From positions 248,001-312,000 of the forward strand of contig JASANG010002214.1 of the NCBI GenBank assembly GCA_030248215.1: 64,000 bases of DNA, read 5' to 3'. This document shows, one piece after another, positions 13,656 through 27,400 of the stretch (its first letter is position 1; each line of letters starts with the position of its first letter). The position numbers were made by a program, and so were the translations under genes. Source of the DNA: Enoplolaimus lenunculus. Lineage: Eukaryota. Below the pieces are notes generated by a model, which saw only the letters and a list, made by a program, of their open reading frames with translations, did not search any database and had not been told where the DNA came from.

Positions 13656-14087
13656 CTAAAAATATAACGAAGAATACACAATAATCCATGAAACTAAAAA
13701 CGTCGCAAACGAACTCATGAAACCCTCTTTGGCAACTTCCCAAAATCCGCCTAATGTGTCTTCGTCCACCCCTTGATATGACGTTACAAACAAATGTACG
13801 GTCAGTGTTGAAATAAGTAGAAATAATGCTAGTCCTACGAAACCGTAAATAGATAATGCACCCCATAATAGTCCTAAAGCAAGACCGAGAACCTGACGCG
13901 ACCAGTATATCACGTCAAGCAGATCGTCTTTGTCAGGCCATTCTGAGTTGGCGGCCAATGAGCGATAAAATAACTCTTTAGCATGGGCATCGATTTTCAG
14001 CAATCCAAAGAAGTAATACGCAGTCGATGTATCTGATAGTGCTTTAGTACTTGTTAAGCTTCCATGTTTATATTTAGCTGCACTCAT
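13656..14087 (-). CDS. RAB5IF: RAB5-interacting factor / GEL complex subunit OPTI (C20orf24, Rab5ip family), single coding exon, 143 aa
   Basis: Intact ORF with the family motifs WPDKDDLLDVIYWSRQVLGLALGLLWGA...G.VG...F and YQGVDEDTLGGFWEVAKEGFMSSFATFLVSWIIVYS, and three hydrophobic segments. Confidence 0.92.
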   Translation of the reverse strand: MSAAKYKHGSLTSTKALSDTSTAYYFFGLLKIDAHAKELFYRSLAANSEWPDKDDLLDVIYWSRQVLGLALGLLWGALSIYGFVGLALFLLISTLTVHLFVTSYQGVDEDTLGGFWEVAKEGFMSSFATFLVSWIIVYSSLYF

Positions 14088-15447
14088 ATTATCAATATGA
14101 AATAATGCTCGCTAAAACTTAAAAGTATTCCGTAAATGTTAACTAACCTGTAGCTTGCGATGAACACGGTACTTAGTTGAAAATAAAACCACACATTATG
14201 AGCAGGTCAAAAATGGGCATGGTAAGCTGTGTCTAATTAAAGCATTTCAACTGTAAATTGAAATTAAAGTCTAGCTCTCCGTCATTTGAATTGTTGCAGG
14301 CCTAATTAGCTTTCGCAATTTAATGTGAGACATGTTTGTTCGTGCGGTTCCTACCTAGACTGACATGAGGGTCACGCTGCGAGCACAAAGGTATATTGCC
14401 GCGCTTTGAAGATGGTATCCAGTCGAAAATAGGGTGGACAGTCACAGGACAACCTTGTTTGAAACTGGGACATGTAAGTAGGTGAGAGAAGCTTGTTTGC
14501 ATGCATATGCATTATGCAAGTGCATTGCACTATATAGTATGACTGCCGACAGCATACGGTTGACGCAAATAGCCGACGAATAAAGTAGTTGCAGAGACGT
14601 GCTCCACAGCGCAGTGGTAGTTCGCAAAATGATCTGCAAGCTTGAAGTTCGATAACCGCTCTGTAGGTTCGCTTTTCCAGCTGCTTAGTTAAAAAGGTCT
14701 CATGTAATGGTTATATTTTGCTCCACATTTTCGATCAACACTACTTGTGGGCTCAATAATACAAAGCGACATCGGGAGTGGTAGTTGTGATATCACATCC
14801 GCCCGACCTTGATCTTACATTGGAATTGATTAAAAGATCGTGTATTAAAATATTTGGTGAATCCCTAGCTAAGTATATATTAGAAATTTCCTATAATATC
14901 TTTTCACAGATTCTATATATTATCTGTATCAAGTCTTTAAAAATATGCTACGCTGAATGCAACGGCTTCCTTATGTGTTGGTTTTGAACCAGACATGCTT
15001 TACTGTAACGTGACAAATAACACAGTTCTTTTGCACAATATTAATTACGTAGCTAGAGTTGTGGTTGAGCAAACTGTGATATTTAACACTTCTTATGAAA
15101 ACAGAAAAATTAGTAAACTAATGGCCTCCATCAAAAGGTGTAGCTCAAATTGAAACTTATCAACAAAACCTGTAAAGTGAAAAACAAAGCTAAATACAAT
15201 TTGTCCAGGGTGCAACCGGAATTACAATTTACTGGAACCGGAAAATGAAAAATACATGCCATCGAAAATTCATTTGCATTTCATTGTAGAAAAAACCTTG
15301 TTGTAGATAGGCGTTCACTTTATCTGCCGTATTTTAGATTTTCATAATTCACGGTTGTGACCTCAATTTGGTTTTTACTTTTATATGCTTTGCACTTTGC
15401 AGTAGCTATCGTTCGTGTCTATTTATTTGTCAACAAGTCAATGGAAC

Positions 15448-18400
15448 ATGATTGCCGCTTCTGATCCAGTTCATGTGAAATGGTGCAATGGTGATTGCAA
15501 TGAAGCTATTCAAAAACCTGATTGCAACATGAAGCATCGTAGGCTTGAAACTGCAATAAAGGACATTAGTCTGTATGACGTGGTAAGTTCGCTGAACTGA
15601 TACATGCCTGCCGGGTGGATTGAACCGGGGTTGTTGGCCGGAACAAATTACCGGAAAGAAATGGTTTTCAATTCACATGTAACAGACTACAATGACAATG
15701 TGTAATTCTCCATTATGTCCCCAGGACTCATGCGCGAATAGAGCGAAACTTGTAGCATATGAATTTATAAATGGATTTTTGAACTGAAGATTTGCCATAA
15801 TTTATTGTCTTGTGATTCAAGATATATACTTACATAAAACATGTCTGACTGGTTTAGCTCGCTCCACGCATCAGCTTTCTATGACATCTCCTGATCATTC
15901 TACGCCCAAACTTGAATTTTCAAAAACCCAAAAATTTTTCGACAACAGTTAGACAAATTATATAACATTCGACGCAGATTGCAGAATTGGGACGAACAAT
16001 ATTACATTTTAAATAATCTTGAATTCTGGCTATAAAGTTTTTGTCAAATAACTAAATATGGTGCCGACCTATGATCGCAAACAGTACGCCAAATCAGTTA
16101 TCTGACAACAACTCGTTCTCCAGACTTTGATTGCAGAAAAGTTACCACTCGGCCCAGCTCCGCAAGTTGCGTCGAATGATTATAATTTTATTTGTCTTGT
16201 ATCAAAACTTTGAGTGATAATGCAAGGTGATATTAAAGAATGATTTGGGTTTGGAGTTATTTATGCACTACAATTAGAGACAAGTGACATTTATGGACTC
16301 TTAACTAAGGTTTAGGGACTCTATTCGGGTTACTGCAGTATGCAAAAATTTTCAAAAATACCTAATTTGCATATTGCATAATTGATAAGCCTAAATTAAG
16401 CTTTTTTACAATTTGGGTGCGAGGAAGGCTTAAGTGTGTTCGAGCTTCGCTCAATAAATTAATGTAGTCCCCTTACGACTGGTTTTTAAATTATTAAGTG
16501 TCTGAGCATAGAGTGTAGACATGTATTGTTGAACGTGTGCTATTGAGTTGATTACACAGTGTGTATATGTTATTTATTGGGGTTGTGTTACAGGGTCTCA
16601 AATACAAAAGTGGAAGGAATTTGATCAAATGGCGTAAACATAATGGGAAAGAACAGCAGATGTGGACAGTTGGCCAAAAGATAATCATTACGAAGAACCA
16701 TATTAGCGATGCTTCCTTTGATGTTGAGTTCTCATTCAAACATGTTAGTTGATGTGTCGTTTTGTCTAATACGCAGAATTGTTGCGGACTTCGTCGGTAG
16801 ATGGTAGATAATAGATCTATCTACGTACGTATTTTTAATCAGGGCATGTTTTGTGATATCTTCTAATTATGCACAGTACTGTGATTTCTATCTACAGGTG
16901 CTAATGAATGTTGCGTACACGAATCACAAATTTTTACAACTAGTATTGGTAATACGTTTTTCAAAAGAATGCAGTTATTCTGCAACTGAATGGATATCAT
17001 TAGACGACGTATATATACGTATACTGTTTTTCAGCTACGTTTGACTGTTTATTGTTCAAATGTTATGTTGTTTTTTCGTTGAAAGAAATGTGTTTTATTG
17101 CAGGTTTTCTGGTATACATTTCCTCCTGAAACTACCAAGCAGTTGGTTTTAACTCCCCCAGGTTGGTAGTGCGTAATACTTCTATTAGATTTTGCTTTGT
17201 CATACTTTTACTAATTAATCAACTATACAGAAAAAGCGATAAAAATGTTCAAGTTTAACTTTTAAACTCAAAATTACTAATATAGACAGTACCAGACAAT
17301 TTTGTCGAAAAACCGGATTTTATACCGAAACCGGAGAGTGAAAAATACCGGTTGTTTCTATCGGAACCAGAATTGCGGTTGCCTTCTGGTACGCATGCTA
17401 GGAAGCAGGGATGTGCGGTCTCTGTTAAAATCCGAGACCCAAGACCGAGACTTCTGTGTCTCGGTCTCGGTCACCTTTGGACTGTTGCCTTAAAGAAAAA
17501 TATTTTTTCCTAAAAAAGATTTGAATGTTTTTGTACATCTTTTTTGTTATCGCGTAACATGCTCAGGATTGCCTTTTAGTGTGTGATATTAAACTAAAAA
17601 CCATCGCAAAATTTTGTTTTGTTTTATTTTATTGACTACAAGAAATAATCACAGAACTCCAATTATAATTTAATGATTTGCTGATTAGCTTATCTCAGGC
17701 GAGAATTTCGCAAGCAACACTTAATTTAACGACACCGCGTGAAACTGGCGATCGTAATTACCTTCAGTAGGTCAGTATTTCCGTAGCTAACTTTAGAATT
17801 CCCATTCAAAACGAGTCCCGATTTCGATTCCGACTGCACAATCAATATAAATTGGAATTTCCACATTTTAATTTTATCCCTACTTGTGATATGTTATATA
17901 AAAATTCTGCATCAATTATCTATTGTTTTCGATGAGTCATCTAATCAGTAATTGATTGATTAGCTTTTCCAGAAAAAATCATCGCCATCTTGTTCATGCA
18001 ACCTTTTTAAAAATTGTTGCCAGGCAACAGACACCCTAAATGAACATATTTAATATTTAATAATACATAAGTATAACGTAAGCAAATACTTCAGTAAGAT
18101 TTTAGAAACTCTGCCAATGTGATTAATTATACATATACACCAATTTAAATCTGGAACAAGTCGCAACCGATCTGTGACTGACAATAGTTGGAATATTCTC
18201 TACGTAGGATAAGTTTGTACGTCATGTTGTTACGCTGATTAACTTGGTTATATAATTTCTAGGTGCAGGACGCCATGAACTTAGTTAGGATTTTGCAAAG
18301 GAGTCTTAAAGTTGCATAAAAATTATGAAGAGGGTCGTTGTATTACCAACTAAAATTTTTCTAAAAACAGTGCAGCAGAAAAGGCAACAGAGGGCTTGAC

Positions 18401-21400
18401 CTTTCGAAAACTGCAACCGTGAAATGTTTATATGCATGCAACATTATACTGATATACGGCAGTTGATGAAACTTGCTAAGTTTCAAGTGGCCATGATTGA
18501 AATCGCTACTTGCGCTTGATTTTGACAAATGTTTCAAATTTACTGAGGAAATTCAATGAGATGAGATGATACTGTTTGTTTTAACACGCGGTGACCGTAT
18601 CTTTAGCTACCCCCCAAATTAGTTGTCTGTTTTAATTTTGCGTTTTTAACAACTAGTGTCTGTTTTAGCAAACGATGAAAAAGATTGCCTTTGTGTATTG
18701 GGTCAACAAAATTTTGATGTCTTCTCTGATGAATCTCATATGTCACTTAGCCTGCCATTTAAGGTATGAAGCAGCATATGTACGTTATTAATGTTATTGG
18801 TTTTTTCAATCGAATTACCATATTGCAACAAGTACTTATCTTCAAAAATAAAAATCCAGATTTGATCAATTTAAGTTGTAGTTTTGCGCAAGTGCAAAGG
18901 TTCTGAAAGGGGTAGGCTGCGGTAGCTGGGATCTTATTTCTGATTTAATAATATTTCCACTTTAGGCGAAACAGTGCTATTCGTCTAAACTTGGATTGTT
19001 GTTCGAACGTGAAACTGAAAGACAACAGTCGTCTGTTGAAGGGTACGTTGAATAGTATGTGCCATAAACACTGTGCGATGTTACTGAAGTGTATTTCAGT
19101 CTGAAATTAATTCGAAAATTAACTCAAGATTTAAACTTTTACTACGAAATCAAACTTGTGGCAGTAAAATAATCAGCGTGACCAACTATGTTATCTCAAG
19201 CGCTTTTACTGCTTAAATGCTTATTTCATTTGTTTTTTGACATGTTGCAGAGGGGATTACATGCCTTTTCTGTATAGTTTGGGACATCCGTTGAAAGAGT
19301 TTCTGCCTGTGTTACACAAACCGCCAGGTAGGTTGATTTGAAATATTGTGGCTTTTTGTTTCCTGTTTTATCAAATTTTACAAAACGTAATACATTGCCT
19401 AATCTCTAAAGATCATGTTTTTACTATGTGTGACGCACAAGCACGATATGTGCACAGCTTAAAATCCAAAATAATTATATATCCGCCTTAATAGCATTGT
19501 GTTCACTGAGGCTTTCAACCTTGGCGATCATAATTTTGTGTTATTTAATCAGTATGTTCCTGTTTTATTGCATTCAGGAAATCGGTCCAAAAATCAAGCG
19601 ACATATGTTTGTCATTCAAATTATGTTATTATCGATACGTTCACTTCACCTTCAGTAGCGTTTATATATGATCTTCGATCTGGTCTGCATAGCATTTGGA
19701 GAATTAAAGACGCTAATACCGCGGTATCGTATGAAATACTTATTGACGAAAGAAAGTACTTAAGTTAGGAAAATGTTTTGTACTTCGGTACAAGGCATAC
19801 ATTGGGAAAGATTAAGAAATGTAATATTGTTTAAGGAAAACATTTTAACATGACCAGATTTAAAACCATTTTGTCCAGTTGTTGAACTAGAGCTATAAAA
19901 ATTGCCAAGTTTTTAAAACATATCCGTCGGTGCAACCGCAACAATCCAGCATACCATCCAGTTCAGATAAATGTTTCAAATGCGTTTGTATTCGCACTCT
20001 CTTTCAGGAAGCGGAACACGCTGCACGCGCGTTTGAACAATCATTTAACGACTCGCTATTATCCTCAAGTTATATTCCTCACGCAGGAACTCCGGGAAAC
20101 AAAAATGTTGGCGGCATTGTTCTCCATAACGGCGGTGCTAGCAACGACTCAAAAGCGAATATTGGTACAACCGGTGAAAATCGCGCATTGCTTACGCGTG
20201 GATATAATGCTGAAAATCGAACTGCTGATGATAATTTGATTATTGGTGAAGATCAGGCTCGGCAGTCATTAGGTCTTGTTGCAAGCAGTTGTTCACGGAC
20301 AAATTCACAAATACTCAGCTCAAATACTGAGAGTAAGTTTTTGCGCAAGTTGATTGTATTGCTGCGATGTCGGTTGTTGACAAGTTACTTTCCAAAACAA
20401 ACACACAAACCCATAAGACATGAACTTCAGCTTACAAACATGACTGTATATTTTGTCGCCACTGTGCGAACCGATGTTGAAATACTTAAGCTGGATGCAA
20501 GGATCGACCAGATATGCATTTTACCGCATACTGGAAACGGAGTCGCACAGTAAATTATTATTTAAGTTTGTAGTCGCAACAAGTGTTTAATATTTTCACA
20601 ATGTAATATGCCATTTTATGATGTGAGAGACCAGAACTTATGATGTGAGAGACCCGAACTGCAAATATTCGCCATCCGATGAGTTTGCGGATGTCGGTTT
20701 CTGTTGGATATTACCCCGGAAAAGGGGATCCGGTCGATTTCTAGCTGTAGGATAGTAAATTTTCAACTGAAACCTGTTTTAAATGTATAGTACAATCGAA
20801 CTTTTAATCGGTGTGTTAAACCATTATCGAAATATTGTTTCTTTGTCTTAAATCATTGCTTATTGATATTTAAGGCTTTGGAAACCAAATAGTGGTTTTC
20901 ACCATAATAATATCGTAAAATTTTAAGCTATTTATCGATTTTAAGGTGCATTACCATCCACTGCAACCAGCAGTCTACCTGGCGCGTCAAACTTACTGGC
21001 GACATCCCATTCGACATTATCTCCAATTATGCCATCACCAAACGCATCAAACCAAACACCTGACCTGCCACATCTGTCTGTGCTGGGAGTGTTTCGTGAC
21101 TCGTTAGTGAACAGGCCATTTACAGCAGCAACTCCACAGCCCCCCTCTGAATCGGCGCTGGCAACAGAACGAAGTAGACGCACGACAACAACAGCGACTT
21201 TAACCCGGACAGTCACATTTACCCCAATGGTCGATGAATCTTTAATTAATAGACGTGAGCTTTCTCAAGTTGTCACTGAGACTCCTGAGTTACCGTCTGT
21301 TGTAACCAGGTCAGCTGCTCGACGCCGCACAGTGGTTACGAGTCCTGCGATTGCACGCATTAGCAGATTGAATGGGTAAGGGACTATGGGATTTAGGCTT

Positions 21401-24400
21401 ATTGTCCTGGTTTCATTGAAATGTTGCGTTTTGACCTGTTAACAGGTGCTTGGAAATGGCATGTTACGGTCTTTTAAAAATTTAACTTAAGAAAACAGTA
21501 CTGTGAATATATGTTTTTTTATTTTTCAGTTGTAGAACTTGAAGATTTATAGACTGGATAATGTGTAGTCGTTTGTTTTTAAGGCGCTTAACGGCAGTTG
21601 CTCGTGGAAGTCCAGGCCCTTCGTTTGGACCGGCGGCTGGTACAAGTACACCCATGTTCAGGCCGGAAGCTATGAGCCTACGAAGCCGAATTAGGGGTAA
21701 TAAGAATAACAATTTAAGCTATAATTGGAGTACTCAGGACCGATACGTTGAAGCATTTTAAGAACCGTGAAAATATTGAAACCCGAAAAACGATGAAAAC
21801 TTGAAAGTGTTTATGATGAAAGTTTATCACAAAAGAGAAATGCAATCAGGCACTATATACTTTTTCTGCAAGTTTATTTTATCAAGTCCTAAAAATCACA
21901 GACTTTTGATTATTGTGCCGTAGTATAATTGATTTTTTTATTGTTTAGTACCTTAGTTTGTCGTGAATGCTTCTTGTGTTTGCGCAGGAGCACCGCTCAA
22001 TGCTGGCAACGAGTCGAAAAATAGATCGATGTCTTTTGGTTCTGCTGCATCTGCCAGGCTTTCAGAAGCGAGTTTCTTTTGGCCTTGTGAACCGGTTGTG
22101 CCTGATATATGTCTTGAACATGTTTGGACAGAAACTAATAGCAATCCTGTGTAAGTTTGTTTGTAAGCGTTTGAATTCAAGATTGCTTTAAAATAAAAAC
22201 TAGCTAATTTTATATCATTTCATTTTTATTTACGTGTAGAATTATTGTGAAGTATGTAAACGTGTACAAAGATAGCCTAGCGGTGGTATTTTTGCTCAGT
22301 GTAGTATGGTTTAGCAGTGTTCCGCGGAATTAATGTTCCGATCGTTGGTTCCTCCGATTTTCGGAAATCTATGGAGCACTGAAGGAGGGAACGGTGTTGC
22401 CAGTACAAGTTTTCAACTTAATATTAAATTGAATAAGCCGGTCAAATGAAACAATTTACGACTGATTACCTACATTTGTACTCTGTACAATGTGAATACA
22501 ATGATTGCGGTGTATGCATTTTCTGATTGAACGATCTAGTCTGTACATCAGAATCGTTTGGTTAAAATAGAGACGCAATCCGGTATACTCTTACGTATTG
22601 GCGCAAAATAAATTAGTCAGTTTGGATTTTGGATTAGTATTCTACTCCAACTTGATGTTAGTTTGAATAATTTAGACACGCCTGTTCGGGGGCAAGTACG
22701 ATAGCGTCGCGTGCCTTTGTTGGATTTACCGAAGATTTCGCGTGTCAACGTTTTCTATATTACTGCATCGAAGCTTTGAACGAATTGCGGATAGTTAAGC
22801 TAGCTGCACCGCCATTACGTTCAGACGCCGCTGCTACGCAAGTGATTGCTTTTGGCTCCACTACAGTTGTCAAAGCAAAGCAAGCCATCGCGATGAATGA
22901 TGAGAAACTGTTGCTTGTTCTCGATCCTGAACAAACCCTTGTTCTTTATAGTGGCATTACAAAAGTTAGTGCTTTAAGTGGTTCTTGTAATATGAAAAGT
23001 TATCATGTGGTCATATAAAAGCAGAAAATACTCCGTGTGCTTGACAAAATTATGATATTCAATTTGGCCTCGCACGAACTCTTTTATTTACATTTATATG
23101 ATGAGTTGCTAGGCCATCGATTAAAGTTCAAGTTATATTTCTATATCGATGATCTTACCGAATTTTAGCTTTTGATTGACATATGTTTTGTTTTAGATTG
23201 GTTTTGTTCATGTAAATTTCTCTAACATATTGCGAGGTCTGTTGGATGAAACACCACGAAAACATAGTCATTCCGGTGAAAAGCGTGTGACAAAACAGTT
23301 GACGTCAACGCGATATTTAACCTCAGATAGTGTAGATTTCAATATAGAAGAAGAAGAAGTATGTATACCACCATCGGTTGGGTCGGTATCGGTGTCTAGT
23401 ATTCTTGTTTGCAAGATATTTAGCGTCAGATTTTTTCAAAAAGTGATAAGACTAAACTAAATAATGCAGCAACCGTTTGCCTGATACTCATCTTTGAAAA
23501 ATATAATAATTGTTGTTCCAAACTCAACCAAAATTATGAAATACCGGTTTTTGTACTTTAACTGGATAGTGAAAAATAATTAGCGAAATTTACAGGTTAA
23601 ATTATGGCGATGAAGTGCTATTATAAACCAGTTATTCATAGCTTTCGCTAGCATCATGCTCCTTTTAATAATTGCATCGTAAGGTGCTCGTTTAAGAAGC
23701 TTAAACTCAGAAATTAAAACAAAATTATTAACAACTTGAATACTGGAAAATTTGGTTAAGAATGCCAGATTTAATACCGAGATAGGGTAGTGAAAAATAG
23801 CGGATTTTTCCACCCGAAACAGAGTTCCGGTTCCACCCTGCTGTTTTTTATTCGCAAAGTTTAATAAGTTCCAGTGACCTTTCTGTCAGATGATAGAATT
23901 CAACTAAACATTTACCTAGTAAAACACAAACTTCTCGCAAATAGTTAATAAAATTAAGTATCATCAAGCATTCATGGGTGCAAGCTTGCGTTTGGCCGTA
24001 AGGAAATTGCTCTAATATTTGCGAATCATGATGTTTCTGAACGAATGCATTGGATTTTGTCAAAATAGCCGTTTACTGCTGTATAAACATGTTTTATCGC
24101 GAAATGAAACACTGAGTCGAAACGGTGTTGTACCTTAGCGTACCGAAACACCAGATCCTTATTCAACTCTTGAAGATGCATCGAATAAGCTAGTCATTTT
24201 ATTTAAAATTTGGTTCCGGCTAAGCCTTACACGGCTTTAGTAAATTCCAGACTAAAACCCGGATATATGAAACAATTTTAAAAGTATATGTTACTCAAAC
24301 AGTTTTCAAAGTATATGTTAATCAATTGCCGTTTCAGAATCTGTTAGACGCAGATATGTCAACTAGCTCTATGATGAATGAATCCGCAGATATTTTGACA

Positions 24401-27400
24401 CCAAAGTTACAAGGCAACACGACCGGTCGCAGCCCTGGCGAAAGGCATCCTGGTGCTAAACTGTCCAACGTTACAACGACAACTACTGCTACTTCGGATT
24501 GTATAACTGATTTAGTAGCGAGTTGTGGCCGTAAATTCATTGTTAGATTAATAACAGGAGATTTGACGCAATCACAGTTACCACAATTTTGCCGGACACT
24601 TGTGGGTATGTGAATTTTGTAGGTGGCGTTGATAGCTGTCTAGCAGTTGCGTAATTGAAAACTCGAGTTTTTGTACGCTTTTCTATTACATATAAAACTA
24701 ATGCTTATAGGCTTGAGTAGTTATAACCACCCCATGCGACCCCACGTAGGTAGCTGTCCCAGGGGAGGGTCTTCAGGGTGACTAACAGTGAAAAAACGCA
24801 CGGGGACTTTTATGAATCATTTGAAATGTCGCTTATAGGATTCTTTTTTTAGCAGTAGTTTAAATCTTAAAATACTACTTACAGATAGATCTTTATCTAG
24901 AATTTAGCGCTTTAGTCCATTCACGCATGCTTTAGTCCATTCACGCATGCTTGAACTTTGACGACCGCTAAAACAATTCTAATATTGTGACAAATACGCA
25001 GCCTTCAAATTACAATTTCTGAATTGACATAAGATAAATAAAGCCTAATTAAGTGATAGCAGTTGGTTGTAAAAATAACTGCATAAATATAACAGTAAAC
25101 GCCACGGAACTGATCTCTAACCATGCTCGTGAAAATGTTTTTGGTGGCCTAAAATTCGTGAACGCCTGCTTTAAGAAATGTCATATATATACTAAAAGTG
25201 CAACAAAACATTAAAGTAAATTTAAAACAAACAATTAAATTCAGTAAACCTACTATAAATCGAAATAAAAAAATTGTTGAATCAATAAAACACGCCTTCT
25301 CGTCATTTGTTGTATCGGGTGCACCATGCTAAAATCTCTCCCCCTTCACCTATCTTGTACCTAAAGCTTGCGCTAGCTTAATAACTTACGCGTGAGCATT
25401 GTGACGCACAAAGTCCTATTTAAAAAATTTTTCCATCCGCATGCACTAAGCGCTATTTGAAAAATTTTCCGTCCGCGTGCACAATCTAATTACGCACCGG
25501 GCGTTGTTCAAAAATTTTTTACGTCCGCCTGTAATGATTGCGCACCAGGCACTATTCAACAATCTTTCGTCCGCATGCTGTAATTACGCACTAGGCGCTA
25601 TTCCAAAAAATTTTCCGTTCGCATGAAATTTTTTGAACCTTTCAGGTTCTTGAGCCAACAAGAACATTTTCAGATAAGTTTTAATTTGTGTGCTGTACAA
25701 GTAACATAGAGCAATTTACAATATTTTGCAGCAAAAGATTTCATTTAACTTATTTTGTTAAGGGTAACTAAGTTCCTCATCAAGTTATTCTAGAACTTTT
25801 TTTATTTGAAACTTTAATTCTAAAGAAATTCTTCCATTTCCGTATTGTACTGGAAATCCAAGAGAATCTAATAGTTCCAAGAGAAGTTTATTTGAAAACA
25901 ATATATTACAATCTAAAAATTTTATATTGTTTGGTTCGTAAAGCAAGATTGGTTCAGAAACATTTACATTTGGAATTAGCATAAATGCCTTTTTTGAATT
26001 ATCCTCGAATATTTGATTTCCAATAAAATCGGAATACAAAAGAAAAATTTTGTGAAAAGGTAAAGGTCTACGGTTTTTCACCTGTTATGGATCCTTCTAT
26101 GTAGCTTTCGCTAATCCCTAGTGTTCGCTGAAGTTTTAAAGATAAGTTTTCCATTTTTGCATCTCCAGTACAATTAATTGTCGCTTTTCAGTCACATCGT
26201 CATAAACAAATTGAATAAATTTTACATCTACACTGGCAATTTGAGATTGTAGGTAGCTTACGAAACACTGGTTATCATAGCATAACATTGGCTCAAGAAT
26301 AACATTATGAGATGTTTTAGTTTCCGGAGAAAAGTAAGTTAAATAGAAATCTTTGGCTGTAATATTGTAAATAGGTCTCGGGACAATAATTTTCGTCAAG
26401 CCAACTTGATATTTAGTTAGGTCAAAATCTAGAAATGTACTAGCAGTCAATTACAGAATCTGTAATATCAGATTCTAAATAGATGTAGTCTGATTCAATC
26501 ATTTTTTCATTTTCTTTTATTGATATCGTTTATATATGATATCACATAATCATAAGAAATATGTAATATGAGCAAGCTGCTATCTACATTAATATTAATT
26601 AACTTTCAATTAAAATGTGGATCTGTTTCGTATGCCCTATGTAGATAGCAGCTTGCTAAACTTATCTCTAATATTATTTTCGCTTCAACCTCAAGCCCTA
26701 ACTAGTAAAAATATGTCTAATGCTAATTTTGTAATGGTCAAAAGTCGAAACAACTTTCCTATATAATAATTTTGCTAAGCTATCTGCTAAGATGCGGAGA
26801 TAGGTTATATAGGCTTGCGCTTAGAGTACATAGGTTTTACAGTACACCAAATATATTCATCACCAAAAGTAATTGTTTCAGACAGTGTCCCAGCCAGTAG
26901 ATAACTTGATTGTAATGAGAGATTAGTTCACATCTGTAGCGAGTGCAAAAGACGTGTCGATAACGAGGCCGAGTTTTATGAAATTCGCAACAGGAACCAA
27001 CAAAATGTTTTTCCATAAAACGGAATGGTGGAAAGCCCAGTTCACCGAAGTCTATCACTGAAAGATTGAAGTCCCGCTCCGAAGCTACTTCCTTGATAAC
27101 GTTGCATTGATGTTTTCCTTTGGAATACACAATAGGCTCCGATAGACGATAAAATATCCATTCCAAAGCATCTTCAACTATTGCAAACCGTTGTTTCTGA
27201 TGTCCTATGTACCGTTTGTAGCAAGAGCAGAGCTGCAATGAAATGATCTAACGATATAGTAAAGAAAATGGACAAGGTCTAAAAAATTTTCACTGCAATT
27301 AAAAGAAGTCTGGGTAACGGAAAGAAGCCGTCAAGAACGTTTCAAAGAAGTAAAGTAGATATGAAATGATAAATAGTAGCTTACTTCATACTTATTTCCT

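Noticed and set aside
14112..14147. 36-nt 5'UTR intron of RAB5IF (minus strand GTTAGT...TTTTAG)
   Set aside because: It is much shorter than any intron supported in this window and cannot be distinguished from a trans-splice or longer-intron acceptor without RNA data.
15686..15751. Possible extra in-frame APC1 exon (TTMTMCNSPLCPQDSCANRAKL)
   Set aside because: Weak acceptor and donor (AACAG, GTAGCA), no APC1 similarity, and exons 1 and 2 join in frame without it.
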